Counted from the first letter of the stretch, positions 16,216 through 25,334 are shown. The stretch: 64,000 bases of DNA from a virus (IMGVR_UViG_3300032086_004057:1-64000); one strand, 5' to 3'. Numbers and translations: made by a program. Notes: generated by a model not told the origin, from the sequence alone.

Positions 16216-16411
16216 CTTCGTTATTTATATCCTCTAGAAGCTGAACAAGCTCGTGCATGAAATAAACCATGTAGCCTTCACCGCTGGCTTTTTGAGCTTG
16301 GCCCTCTGAAATGCACTTTTTTTTAAATTGCAAATCTTCTTCTTTAGCTTTATGAAGTATGTCTTTAGATAGCTGAAGAGCCAACTCTATTTTAGTCTTC
16401 TTTGAGGTCAT
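16208..16411 (-). CDS. hypothetical protein
   Basis: ORF track; overlapping start and stop. Confidence 0.5.
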   Translation of the reverse strand: MTSKKTKIELALQLSKDILHKAKEEDLQFKKKCISEGQAQKASGEGYMVYFMHELVQLLEDINNEDE

Positions 16412-17124
16412 TGAAGGGATTCTAAAATCTTTTTGGTGTGATTACAATCTTTTACGTCAAAAAATTTCCCGTCATTATTATTATTTATATTTATTTTAGC
16501 GTCGTAATCATTGCCACCCTCGAAGCCTTTATCACCAAAATAATAAATTTTATTATACATTCCAGAGTCTCTTACCCAATCCACAGCTTGAGATTTGTTA
16601 AAACCTTTTGGTTGTATGTCTAAACTTATCATTCCTCCAATTCTTATATCTAAATTAGGGAATTCTTCAGATAAATCATTAGCTATAGTTTCTCTTTCGG
16701 AATGGATTTTATCCCATTCGAAATATTTTTTTCTTTCGTTTTCGTTTGAGTCTCTCCCCGCGATAGAGAAATTTATCATTCCCACTCTTTTATCAATATA
16801 TTTTTTACCTTTTTGTTGGTAAGGGGATTTCATATGCCACTCTAAAAGCTTAGAAAGTAATTCTACGGAAGGCTTCCATTCTCTTTTGTATATTAATTTA
16901 TTTTTAATTCTAAGTTCATTACCCATAGAGGAAAAAATACCGCAAGCTCTAGAAAAAATGCTTGAAGGTAGCTGCCTTAGTAGAGAATTATTAGAACTAC
17001 CGCCAACCAAGAAAAAATCTTTACTTTTTGACCAGTCTAAAAAACTATAAATAAAATCCCCCTGCATTTTTTGCGTAGGAGGAGTTAGGGTTCCGTCTAT
17101 ATCAAACAAGTAAGCTGTTTTCAC
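16408..17124 (-). CDS. phosphomannomutase, eukaryote-type (HAD IIB)
   Basis: LFDIDGTLTP, RVGMINFS, GGMISLDI and FGDKGFEGGNDY. Confidence 0.9.
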   Translation of the reverse strand: MKTAYLFDIDGTLTPPTQKMQGDFIYSFLDWSKSKDFFLVGGSSNNSLLRQLPSSIFSRACGIFSSMGNELRIKNKLIYKREWKPSVELLSKLLEWHMKSPYQQKGKKYIDKRVGMINFSIAGRDSNENERKKYFEWDKIHSERETIANDLSEEFPNLDIRIGGMISLDIQPKGFNKSQAVDWVRDSGMYNKIYYFGDKGFEGGNDYDAKININNNNDGKFFDVKDCNHTKKILESLQ

Positions 17125-17456
17125 TCTTTTTTTTTATTTTTTCGTCTCTCAGGAGAATTAAAAAGTCTTTTTGGTAAACGCCATCCGTTTTGATATAAAA
17201 AATTACTGCATACGTCTGCAAATCTTGCTATGTCAGTCTCAGATTTATCCCAAAAGAAAGCATGAGCGATCTCATGAATGCTTGTGTTTAGCTCGGACTT
17301 TTTAGTAAGGTAAGGGTTAATATAAATTTTTGGATCAGGCTCGCTTGGGTCTAAGCACAAGCCATCTACTATTTCACCGTAAGCTTTGTGAGGTTTTCGA
17401 AAAACAATTTCGTACTCTGCGCCTTTAGTGTTTGTAAATCTAAAGTTTTCTTTCAT
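17121..17456 (-). CDS. zincin-like (HExxH) metalloprotein
   Basis: IHEIAHAF. Confidence 0.6.
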   Translation of the reverse strand: MKENFRFTNTKGAEYEIVFRKPHKAYGEIVDGLCLDPSEPDPKIYINPYLTKKSELNTSIHEIAHAFFWDKSETDIARFADVCSNFLYQNGWRLPKRLFNSPERRKNKKKE

Positions 17457-17794
17457 TAAGAATCTTGGTCTTCAATATCTTTTATTTTATCTATTTTAAA
17501 ACCAATATTTTTAATCCCTAATTTCAATCCAGATTTTTCTAGAACATCAACTTTATTTTGAAAAGACTGGAGTTCTCTGTTCTCCCATTCGCCTTTTAAT
17601 AGAAGGTATTTAAGTTTATTTTGTAAATCTTCTTTAGCTATTTCGAACTCTTCTACAGAATATTCCCCTGAAGCATTTTTATCTTCCATTTTAGAACACT
17701 CAGACATAACTTTTAACATTTCAGCCTTCCACCAACCGATGGTATCGTGAAGCATTTCTGCTTCTTTTTTAAGCTTGCTTTTTATTTCTTCCAT
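17456..17794 (-). CDS. hypothetical coiled-coil protein
   Basis: ORF track; preceded by a sigma70-type promoter. Confidence 0.6.
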   Translation of the reverse strand: MEEIKSKLKKEAEMLHDTIGWWKAEMLKVMSECSKMEDKNASGEYSVEEFEIAKEDLQNKLKYLLLKGEWENRELQSFQNKVDVLEKSGLKLGIKNIGFKIDKIKDIEDQDS

Positions 17795-17832
17795 AGCTTG
17801 AGTTTAATGTTCTAATTGTTAGCTTTCTTGTA

Positions 17833-17861
17833 TTATGAGACTTTTTTACCGTAAAGTCAAG
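17833..17861 (-). promoter_or_regulatory. sigma70-type promoter
   Basis: TTGACT-N17-CATAAT. Confidence 0.7.
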
Positions 17862-17864
17862 CTT

Positions 17865-18101
17865 TTATCTCCAGTTGCAGAAGCTGGTAGATATTCCTTT
17901 AGGGTCTATTTTTTTTCTTAAAAGTAAACTAGAACATCTATTTAACTCTACCATTAATTCTCTATCAGATATTTTTTTGTTTTTAGAAAGCTCGTCCATA
18001 TAGTCTTGAAAATTATAGAACGCGGTCCTCCAAGGAACCCAATAAGCCGACACGTTATCTTCAAAAACGTTTTTTAAATCATCGACAAGGTTTTTTTTCA
18101 T
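17865..18101 (-). CDS. hypothetical protein
   Basis: ORF track; AAGTGTA lies 10 nt upstream. Confidence 0.55.
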   Translation of the reverse strand: MKKNLVDDLKNVFEDNVSAYWVPWRTAFYNFQDYMDELSKNKKISDRELMVELNRCSSLLLRKKIDPKGISTSFCNWR

Positions 18102-18125
18102 TAATTATAATTACACTTTATTTTA

Positions 18126-19640
18126 TTAAATATCTCCGTCAGCCGCTCTGTAACTTTGCTTCACTTTTCCGCCGCGTTTCATCTTTAGAAACATATTAAC
18201 GCGAGCCATAGCCCAAGACCCTCGACTTTGACCTGGTCTGTGTGACCCAGAAAAGGCTCCAGCACCTCTGCGATAAACTTTTTTCAACTGAGAAAGTGTT
18301 ACCTTCTTGGAGTATTTAGAGTTATGCTCTTTAACTTTGTTTCTTAAAGCGAGGGTAGTTTTTTCGGAAAAGGTTATAGCTGGCCCACTTTTACCAGCAC
18401 TTCCTTTTTTGTTTTTGGAAGAACCTCTTCTTCTTTCGCTAGGTGCCGCTGGGGTTTGCGCGGCAGATTTCGGGCCTCTTCTCTTGGCTGCTGAAGATTC
18501 AAAATCGGACTCGTTTAAATGATCTTTACATTTAACCTCGTCTTCTAGAGTCATAACTTCAGAGTATTCTTCTTCGCTCATGCCGTATGAAGAGTTGACC
18601 TCTTCGTATTCAGCGTCAGAGTTTTTATAACTCATGTAATCATAAGCTGCTTCAACAAAATGTTCGGCTTTTGAGATTTTATCTTGAACCCAAGCCATGA
18701 TGTTTGCATCTTCAGGCATTGCAGCCATCATTACAGCTAGTTCGCTTGATAATTTAGAAATTTTTCTAAGCTGGGCTTCAGCCATGCTAACTTCATGATC
18801 TTCGCTATCGGCCTTGGCTTTTTTCATTTGTTCTGGAGTGGGAGCCCCTTCTTCCCCCTTCTTTCTCATTTTTTCTCCTGAACCACTTTTGATTCTTTTT
18901 CTTTTCTCGTGGATGTTTTCCCAAAGACTAGCGTACTTTTCTTCCATGCTTTCTTCTTCTGAGGCTTTCCCCTGCTTTTTTAGTATGGCTTTTTGTAGGG
19001 CGATAGGAAGCTTTTTTTGTTTCTCGGTTAAGCCTTTGGTTGGCTTGTCGTCTTTCGAGTCTTTTTTATTTTCCTCTTCTTTCTTGTCGTCTTTTTTATC
19101 CTCGTCTTCCTTCTCAGGGTTTTTCCCCTGCTTTTTGAGTATCGCTTTTTGCAGGGCGGGTGGCAGCTTCTTTTGCTTCTCAGTTAGCGCAGCTTCGCTT
19201 TCTTCATCTGAACATCCGCAACCGTTACCACACTTACAATCATCGTCTTCTGTTATCTCTTCTTCGACAAAGGCCAAAGCTGGGTTAACGCTTAAAAGCT
19301 GGTCAAAGTCATAAATAGTTTCCCCGTCCCAATCTTCAGAACCTTTTGTATAGTCTGTTACAGATTTTTTAGCTTCCCACATCTTACAAGACCAGTATCG
19401 AGCTTTTGTTTTAGGACCAGGATTATCGCAGTTATGTCTTGCTCTGAAATTTTTTCTACGATCTGGGTCATCGCGTTTAATTTCCATATTTGGATCACCA
19501 AAGTTTACTTTTACGACATTTCCTTTTTCGTTTTTAACGTAAACCGAGAACTTTTTAGGCCCATTAGGGGTTCTAAAAGGCTTGTTTAGAGTCTTCTTCT
19601 CTTTAGCCTCCACCAAATATTTAGATAAATCGATTTCCAT
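18126..19640 (-). CDS. mosaic multi-module phage protein, candidate internal head/DNA-condensing polyprotein
   Basis: Modules KPFRT..KARYWSC, 2x LTEKQKKLP.ALQKAILKKQG, SLWENIH.KRKRIKSGSGEKMRK, DHEVSMA..WVQDKI and VYRRGAGA..WAMARVN, separated by acidic linkers. Confidence 0.75.
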   Translation of the reverse strand: MEIDLSKYLVEAKEKKTLNKPFRTPNGPKKFSVYVKNEKGNVVKVNFGDPNMEIKRDDPDRRKNFRARHNCDNPGPKTKARYWSCKMWEAKKSVTDYTKGSEDWDGETIYDFDQLLSVNPALAFVEEEITEDDDCKCGNGCGCSDEESEAALTEKQKKLPPALQKAILKKQGKNPEKEDEDKKDDKKEEENKKDSKDDKPTKGLTEKQKKLPIALQKAILKKQGKASEEESMEEKYASLWENIHEKRKRIKSGSGEKMRKKGEEGAPTPEQMKKAKADSEDHEVSMAEAQLRKISKLSSELAVMMAAMPEDANIMAWVQDKISKAEHFVEAAYDYMSYKNSDAEYEEVNSSYGMSEEEYSEVMTLEDEVKCKDHLNESDFESSAAKRRGPKSAAQTPAAPSERRRGSSKNKKGSAGKSGPAITFSEKTTLALRNKVKEHNSKYSKKVTLSQLKKVYRRGAGAFSGSHRPGQSRGSWAMARVNMFLKMKRGGKVKQSYRAADGDI

Positions 19641-19653
19641 ATGTTAAATAATA

Positions 19654-19670
19654 TACACTTTTAAAGTGTA
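19654..19670. promoter_or_regulatory. back-to-back AAGTGTA phage promoter motifs (perfect inverted repeat)
   Basis: TACACTT-TTA-AAGTGTA lies between divergent ATGs at 19640 and 19680. Confidence 0.7.
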
Positions 19671-19679
19671 TTATACAGT

Positions 19680-20012
19680 ATGAATCTTATTATTAACGCA
19701 GAATTATCCTCTGATCCGCCATCAGAAGGGCTTTTTTTTAGATTCTTAACTATGGTAGCAAAAAAAGACCTAGAATATTACGTTTTACTCGAATCTGAGA
19801 AAGAAAAAATTGACTTACATTATAATTTTTTAACAAAAAAAGGCTGGTTTGATTATGTTGATGAAATTGTACAGCCAGAATGGAAAGAGGAAGGGGTTAG
19901 GTTAGATACGGATTATAATTACCCTTTGACTGTAAAAACTGAATATATACGCTGCGAAAACACTAATTTAATTATTGGTCAATTAAAGTGTTTAAGAGGT
20001 ATTACTCGTTGA
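19680..20012 (+). CDS. hypothetical protein
   Basis: ORF track, 110 aa. Confidence 0.6.
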   Translation: MNLIINAELSSDPPSEGLFFRFLTMVAKKDLEYYVLLESEKEKIDLHYNFLTKKGWFDYVDEIVQPEWKEEGVRLDTDYNYPLTVKTEYIRCENTNLIIGQLKCLRGITR

Positions 20013-20178
20013 TTATTTCACAGTGTATTTCAACATCAGCGTTTATAAAACCTTCCTCATGAAGATATTCAAGGATTAAAATAGCGTATTCATCAGAAAC
20101 TACGTTTTCAGGGTCGTATATCTTAACCTTTTTTTTGTAAACTATAATGTCTGTACCTAAAACTTTAAGCTTTTTCAT
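20002..20178 (-). CDS. small hypothetical protein (58 aa)
   Basis: Manual translation MKKLKVLGTDIIVYKKKVKIYDPENVVSDE...; AGTGTA lies 9 nt upstream. Confidence 0.55.
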   Translation of the reverse strand: MKKLKVLGTDIIVYKKKVKIYDPENVVSDEYAILILEYLHEEGFINADVEIHCEIINE

Positions 20179-20199
20179 AACTATATATACACTAAAAAC

Positions 20200-20706
20200 T
20201 TGTTAAAAATGAAAGACGAAATGAAAATCAATTTAAGTAAAGCATCAAGAAGAGATGTTTTTGTAAGAGATGCAAGAATACTAATATTAATATTAGCATT
20301 GGGTATTATTTTTCACTTATCTTTTCTTTGGCTGTCTATAGATGGAGAAAGTATGTTTGACACTTACTCAGACGGAGAGGAAGTATTGGTAAATAGAGTT
20401 AGCCACAAAATTATAAAATTAAGTAGAGGAGATGTGATAGCATTCTCAAATGATGGCGGCAAAGAGATACTTGTAAAAAGGATCATTGGAATGCCAAATG
20501 AAAAAATAAAAACTTTTGATGGCCAAATATTTATAGATGATGTACTCTACGAAGACGAATTCTCAGAAAGAAACGACGAGTATTCTTTTGGTTATGTTAA
20601 TTATACACTAAAACAAGATGAATATTGGGTCGTTGGCGATAATAGATCAAACACTTGGAGTGGTAAAATAAAAAAAGAGAATATTATAGGGGTTATTCTA
20701 AACTAA
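20200..20706 (+). CDS. signal peptidase I (S26)
   Basis: TM helix, GESM (catalytic Ser), LVKRIIG (catalytic Lys) and GDNR. Confidence 0.9.
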   Translation: MLKMKDEMKINLSKASRRDVFVRDARILILILALGIIFHLSFLWLSIDGESMFDTYSDGEEVLVNRVSHKIIKLSRGDVIAFSNDGGKEILVKRIIGMPNEKIKTFDGQIFIDDVLYEDEFSERNDEYSFGYVNYTLKQDEYWVVGDNRSNTWSGKIKKENIIGVILN

Positions 20707-20921
20707 AAAACTATAATACTATTACTTTTAGAGAAGTTTTCTAAAGCGTAAGTAGTCCAATCGATAGAAGCGTTAGACTTTTTAGCTCTATCGTATTGAG
20801 AATAACACACTGCCGCCCTTTGACTTTGATTTGTAAACTCTTTCCGCATGGTTGAGTCAGCCATGCAGGAGTTAATAAATTCGTCTTTGCTCTGTTCTTT
20901 TTTAGGGGATGGCAGTGGCAT
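20703..20921 (-). CDS. small phage protein
   Basis: MPLPSPKK..KDEFINSCMAD..EF...QRAAVCYSQY family seen in large phages. Confidence 0.6.
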   Translation of the reverse strand: MPLPSPKKEQSKDEFINSCMADSTMRKEFTNQSQRAAVCYSQYDRAKKSNASIDWTTYALENFSKSNSIIVF

Positions 20922-20925
20922 TTAT

Positions 20926-22110
20926 TTACCTTTCATGTGAGCTAATTATATGATTGTAGCTCTTTGTAAATACACTTTTATCTTTTAAGTGTGAGTTATT
21001 TTTTCTCACTAGCCCTTCAAGATTTCCTTGATCTTTAATATTATTTGAGAGCATTACATTTGGTTTTTTAGGGTCAAGCTTCAAATTTGAAAAAAGCAAG
21101 AAGTTAGTTTTATGTGCTGTTTTTCCGCTTTCAGAAATGCATTCCACCATTCTATTGTAAGAAGAAGAGCTTTCATGTCGATTCTTAACCACAAACAATT
21201 TCATGGCATCCCAATCTTTATTGAATTTTTCTTTTTTTAGGATAGCCGCAAAAGAAGCATTATTAACAACTTCAATTTTTGAAGCTTCAGCTATCTCAGG
21301 CTCTTTAGCTAACGTAGAAGTCGTTATTACAACGCAGTTATAATCTCTAGCGATCTTCCCTAAGTCGTTAAGTAAAACTGGACATTGAACTCCATCAAAA
21401 AATAAAACTCTAACATTTGGGTTAGGCAAGGAATCAATAGCTTCACTTATCCACTTGTAATACCATCCAGATTGATGTTGCTCATCGAATTGTTTGTGGT
21501 AGAAACTATGGTAGTTCTCCGAGAAGTTTTGAGCTTCTTTTTTTATATTTTTTGAACCTTTTAGAAATCTTTTATAGAAACTCTCAGATGTGTATTCTTT
21601 ATCAAAATAAATAAAAGAATTTACATTTTTTTTCTGGTAAACCTGCCAGTGGTTAAAGGCTCCGAGAATAAGGCTACTTTGGGCGGCTTGTGTTTTTGAC
21701 CATTCCTTTAAACTGTCCTTACATTTAAAATCAACAATACTTTTTAATGTTTTCTCTGGCCAGCCATAGGCGTATGCTGCTCCAGATTTGGGGTATTTTT
21801 TAACCCACTCTTCTTTAACCTCTTCAAGATTTGTTTTACACATTTGATTGACTAGGTTCATTAAGAATGAACTTTTAGAGGTGTTATCTTTGCCTAGAAA
21901 AGAGTACACATACCCATAAGTAAACCCGCTACCAAGGCAATCGTCTAAATTTTTATAACCTGAAGGAATTGACTCCTCATTCTCTTGAATATCCCAACCC
22001 TGAGAAAGAAGATCGTGTAGGCTTTTGGTTTGATTGTGGTAATTTTTATTTACCGAGCGACTTCCTTTAGAAGCGGTGTTTTCGAAAGATTCTAAATATG
22101 TTTCTGACAT
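20926..22110 (-). CDS. DnaB/RecA-fold protein with a degenerate Walker A
   Basis: IPSGYKNLDDCLGSGF..GKDNTSKSSF, VLFFDG and VVKNRH. Confidence 0.6.
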   Translation of the reverse strand: MSETYLESFENTASKGSRSVNKNYHNQTKSLHDLLSQGWDIQENEESIPSGYKNLDDCLGSGFTYGYVYSFLGKDNTSKSSFLMNLVNQMCKTNLEEVKEEWVKKYPKSGAAYAYGWPEKTLKSIVDFKCKDSLKEWSKTQAAQSSLILGAFNHWQVYQKKNVNSFIYFDKEYTSESFYKRFLKGSKNIKKEAQNFSENYHSFYHKQFDEQHQSGWYYKWISEAIDSLPNPNVRVLFFDGVQCPVLLNDLGKIARDYNCVVITTSTLAKEPEIAEASKIEVVNNASFAAILKKEKFNKDWDAMKLFVVKNRHESSSSYNRMVECISESGKTAHKTNFLLFSNLKLDPKKPNVMLSNNIKDQGNLEGLVRKNNSHLKDKSVFTKSYNHIISSHER

Positions 22111-22206
22111 GATATGTAATGTTTGTGCCTTTTCGGCGTTAGTGGGCTTTTAACCCGTTTCAATTAAAATAAATCAATTTTAAAAATAAGTCAACACAAA
22201 AACACT

Positions 22207-23061
22207 TTAATAACTTACCGCTCGACCTTTACCATTCTCCCAATCTTTATCTGGTCTGTCATGTTTTTCGTTTCTTTCTTTGGCAGCTTTCAAAATATAG
22301 TTTTTGACTTTAGATTTTTTCATTTGGAAAACTAGAGAATTTACATCCTTTGGAAAACAAGTCCCGCCGTAACCTCTTTTACCGTCTTTACCTGGTACTT
22401 GGCTGTGGCTCTCGCCTATTCTGGGATCGCAAGCTATCAGCTTTCTAACCGTTGGAAAATTTAAATTATTTTTCAAGCAAAACTCTTCTATCTCATTAAA
22501 AAAAGAAACCTTCGTAGCTAGAAAAGTATTTCTACCGTACTTTACTAACTCGGCGTTGCTTGTTGAGGTGAACGTTACCATGCAATTGGATATCACATCA
22601 TTATTGGTGGCAAGCTTAATTAATTCGTAAATTTGTTCAACTAAATTTTCATTTTGATCTATTTTACATATGCCAAAAATTCTGTGGTCATTTTCTTTGA
22701 AATCTTTTGCCCAGTTTTTTTCGGTTAAAAACTCTGGCATAAAATTAACGCCAAGAGATTCGCATGTACCTACGGGAACTGTAGACCTAACGATTATTTT
22801 ATTTTTTTGTATTCCATTTTTTTGGCAATCCTTGATGACGTTTTTTAAAATAGACAAGTCGCACGAGCCATTTTTTTTCATTGGTGTTGGCACGGCTACA
22901 AAAACAAAATCGCAATCTTTTAAATCTTTAAGCTTTGTACCTTTTGGGTAACATCTATTTTCATCTTTGTCGTACCACAAACAGTCTATGCCTTCTGATT
23001 TTAACAATCCAGTTGCGCGACCCACGTATCCATTGCCTACGATTCCTATTTTGAAGCTCAT
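22207..23061 (-). CDS. ugd: UDP-glucose/GDP-mannose dehydrogenase family protein
   Basis: GNGYVG, VAVPTP, PEFLTE, AELVKYGRN and GYGGTCFPKD; lacks the C-terminal UDP-binding domain. Confidence 0.88.
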   Translation of the reverse strand: MSFKIGIVGNGYVGRATGLLKSEGIDCLWYDKDENRCYPKGTKLKDLKDCDFVFVAVPTPMKKNGSCDLSILKNVIKDCQKNGIQKNKIIVRSTVPVGTCESLGVNFMPEFLTEKNWAKDFKENDHRIFGICKIDQNENLVEQIYELIKLATNNDVISNCMVTFTSTSNAELVKYGRNTFLATKVSFFNEIEEFCLKNNLNFPTVRKLIACDPRIGESHSQVPGKDGKRGYGGTCFPKDVNSLVFQMKKSKVKNYILKAAKERNEKHDRPDKDWENGKGRAVSY

Positions 23062-23097
23062 TAAAAAGATTATGTTTTATTTTTTGAAATTTATCAA

Positions 23098-23124
23098 CAA
23101 AAAAACCCCGCCGAAGCGGGGCTT
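23098..23124 (-). terminator. intrinsic terminator
   Basis: Minus strand CCCCGC-TTCG-GCGGGG followed by a T-run. Confidence 0.9.
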
Positions 23125-23137
23125 AATGTTTGTTGGG

Positions 23138-23323
23138 TTAGGATAGTGGAATTAGATTTGTGAGCTTCAAGATAACATACCCAGTGAACAAAACGTTTAG
23201 CGCTAATAGACCCAACGCCACTCTGGCGTAGTTAGTATTTACGGTGAACGCCTTTGAGGCTCTAGATACTGTCTTAGTTTTGGCTCTACTTGAGGTTCTT
23301 TTACTTTTTTTACTATTTGTCAT
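23138..23323 (-). CDS. small basic membrane protein
   Basis: Lys/Arg/Ser-rich N-terminus plus one TM helix. Confidence 0.6.
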   Translation of the reverse strand: MTNSKKSKRTSSRAKTKTVSRASKAFTVNTNYARVALGLLALNVLFTGYVILKLTNLIPLS

Positions 23324-23353
23324 ACAGTTTTTATACTATTTATTTTTTTAATG

Positions 23354-23710
23354 CTAGTCAATATTTATTTTTATTGGTTTAGCAGATTCTTTTTTATTTA
23401 TCTGAATATTTAAAATCCCGTTTTCATATTTAGCGGAAATAGAGTTTTTGTCGCAATCTTTTTTTATAAAATAAGTTCTCTTAGATTTACCGCTTTTAAC
23501 GACTAAAAAATCTTCGTCTTTATTGTTTTGCTCGATTGAAACATCTATGTCTTTTTTATGTGTTCCAGCTAAATTAATTTTATAATTATAAGACTCCTCA
23601 TCTTCAGAACAGTCCTCTATGCTGTAGTCAAAATAGTGCACGTTTAATTGGTTGGTTATTTGATTTAACATGTCCACCATTGGGTCTCTAAGAAATATTG
23701 ATTTGTACAT
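23354..23710 (-). CDS. small heat-shock protein (Hsp20/alpha-crystallin)
   Basis: INLAGTHKKDIDV and ISAKYENGILNIQINK. Confidence 0.88.
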   Translation of the reverse strand: MYKSIFLRDPMVDMLNQITNQLNVHYFDYSIEDCSEDEESYNYKINLAGTHKKDIDVSIEQNNKDEDFLVVKSGKSKRTYFIKKDCDKNSISAKYENGILNIQINKKESAKPIKINID

Positions 23711-23725
23711 AACGCAATCAATAGA

Positions 23726-23807
23726 GCACCAAACATGCCAGATTTTTTTATTGTTTTTTCTAAGTAAAATTAAATTCGAGTGAGCCAGCAGGGAATTTGT
23801 GTCTCAC
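23726..23807 (-). promoter_or_regulatory. sigma54-type -24/-12 promoter with an upstream inverted repeat
   Basis: TGGCATGTTTGGTGC at 23740-23726 has exact GG-N10-GC spacing; inverted repeat GTGAG(A/C)CA at 23780-23807; AT-rich spacer between them. Confidence 0.6.
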
Positions 23808-23809
23808 AT

Positions 23810-23989
23810 TTAAACAGAACGTATGTCAAAAATACTCGCCTTTACTAACTCTCCGTTCTTTATAGATTTAACCAAAACAGTTTCCTCGTCTATTACGGAG
23901 TTCACTATTCCAGTAAAAGGTCTTTCAGCGCTAAGAACCGTAACGGTTTTACCAATCATTTTTTTATTTGATTCTATCTTAGTATTCAT
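23810..23989 (-). CDS. small hypothetical protein (59 aa)
   Basis: Manual translation MNTKIESNKKMIGKTVTVLSAERPFTGIVNSVIDEE... Confidence 0.55.
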   Translation of the reverse strand: MNTKIESNKKMIGKTVTVLSAERPFTGIVNSVIDEETVLVKSIKNGELVKASIFDIRSV

Positions 23990-24498
23990 TAAACAGTTTT
24001 TATTTGATTACCATTATTTAAAAAAATTAAACCCTCAGTCGATAAAGCTTCTTTTATGTTTTTAACAAAAATCCATTCGCTATCACACTGATTTACTAAG
24101 TCTTCATAACACAAATCGGCTTCTTTTAATAGCTGCTTTTTCGCAGAACAACAGGCTCCGCCTAAAGACTCCTGAATTGTTGTGATTGTATTTATCCAAG
24201 TTTTTTCGCCCTCTGATATTTGGATGTTATTTTCATTTATAAAGTTGGCTAAACTAAAAGGACTGTCAAAAGAGTGGGGGCTGTTTTGAAGTTTAAAGTC
24301 AGAACCAGTTAAAGAAACTATAAGATTGTAAAGCTCTTTATTGTTATCTAACTCTTCAATTAATTTTACATAAGCTAAACTTTCAATTTCTTTTGACGAG
24401 TTGGCAAAATTTTCAGCAACTGGAAAATCACTGAACATGCTTACATTAAGCGAGATTAAATTTTTAATTTGGTATTTTTCTAACTCAAGCATTTTCAA
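23989..24498 (-). CDS. hypothetical protein
   Basis: ORF track, 169 aa. Confidence 0.6.
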   Translation of the reverse strand: MKMLELEKYQIKNLISLNVSMFSDFPVAENFANSSKEIESLAYVKLIEELDNNKELYNLIVSLTGSDFKLQNSPHSFDSPFSLANFINENNIQISEGEKTWINTITTIQESLGGACCSAKKQLLKEADLCYEDLVNQCDSEWIFVKNIKEALSTEGLIFLNNGNQIKTV

Positions 24499-24859
24499 GC
24501 TTATTCTTCATTATAGTTAATAAATAGTAAACAGATAAAGATAGCACAAACGTAAAAGGGAGATAGACAATTTCAAAAATAAATAAATTTAAAAATAAGT
24601 TCAACCAAAACGAAAGACAAATGGAGCATGTTATTAACCTTACAGAGAAGCAGTCATGACTTAAAGCAAGGTAAGCTGGGAAATTTATTTGTGAAAACTT
24701 ATTTTGTTTTTTGTATTCTTCATACTTATAAGACCAAACACCGCCTAAATTAAAATATCTAACGTATTCATAGAAAGCGTTTGTTTCTAACCAAATAAAT
24801 AATACAGAAGCGCAACAAAAGCTTAAAAAAAGTACATCAACGAATTGTGAAAGGATCAT
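24485..24859 (-). CDS. membrane protein with a CxxC motif
   Basis: Hydrophobic segments; CSIC. Confidence 0.6.
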   Translation of the reverse strand: MILSQFVDVLFLSFCCASVLFIWLETNAFYEYVRYFNLGGVWSYKYEEYKKQNKFSQINFPAYLALSHDCFSVRLITCSICLSFWLNLFLNLFIFEIVYLPFTFVLSLSVYYLLTIMKNKLENA

Positions 24860-25334
24860 TGTCTGGAATTTCTACTTTCTTTTTTTCAGATAGAGAAGCC
24901 TGATCGTTGGGCTTTTCCTTTATTTGTATAAATTCTATATTATTAAATTCAAATATGCCTTTAATTAAGTCTAGATCATTCTGCTCGTAATCGTCTTGAT
25001 AAATCACTTTCTTAACACCATACGCCGATATCATATTAGCGCAATAAGAGCAGGGAGCTAGAGTGACGGCTAGAATCTTGACTTGATTTTTTTTGCACAA
25101 AGACAGGCAATTCACCTCTGCATGAACCATCAGGGGTCTACGTTCATCCCTACTAAAGTTCTCCCATTTAAGATCAACGCCAGAAGGTAACCCGTTGTAG
25201 CCTACGCCCACAACCATATTCTCATGATTGAGAGCGCAAGCTCCAACTTTAACAAAAGGGTCTTCGCTTCTCGAACTAGCGGCCTTAGCCAACTCAAGGG
25301 CGTACTCCTCCCAAGATGGCCTTTTCTCAACCAC
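24837..25334 (-). CDS. dCMP deaminase
   Basis: VHAEVN and PCSYC zinc motifs; KVGAC and GYNG. Confidence 0.93.
   Translation of the reverse strand: MVEKRPSWEEYALELAKAASSRSEDPFVKVGACALNHENMVVGVGYNGLPSGVDLKWENFSRDERRPLMVHAEVNCLSLCKKNQVKILAVTLAPCSYCANMISAYGVKKVIYQDDYEQNDLDLIKGIFEFNNIEFIQIKEKPNDQASLSEKKKVEIPDNDPFTIR

Noticed and set aside
18307-19314. Plus-strand ORFs of 71 and 166 aa
   Set aside because: They are antisense shadows of the Lys/Glu-rich 504-aa protein
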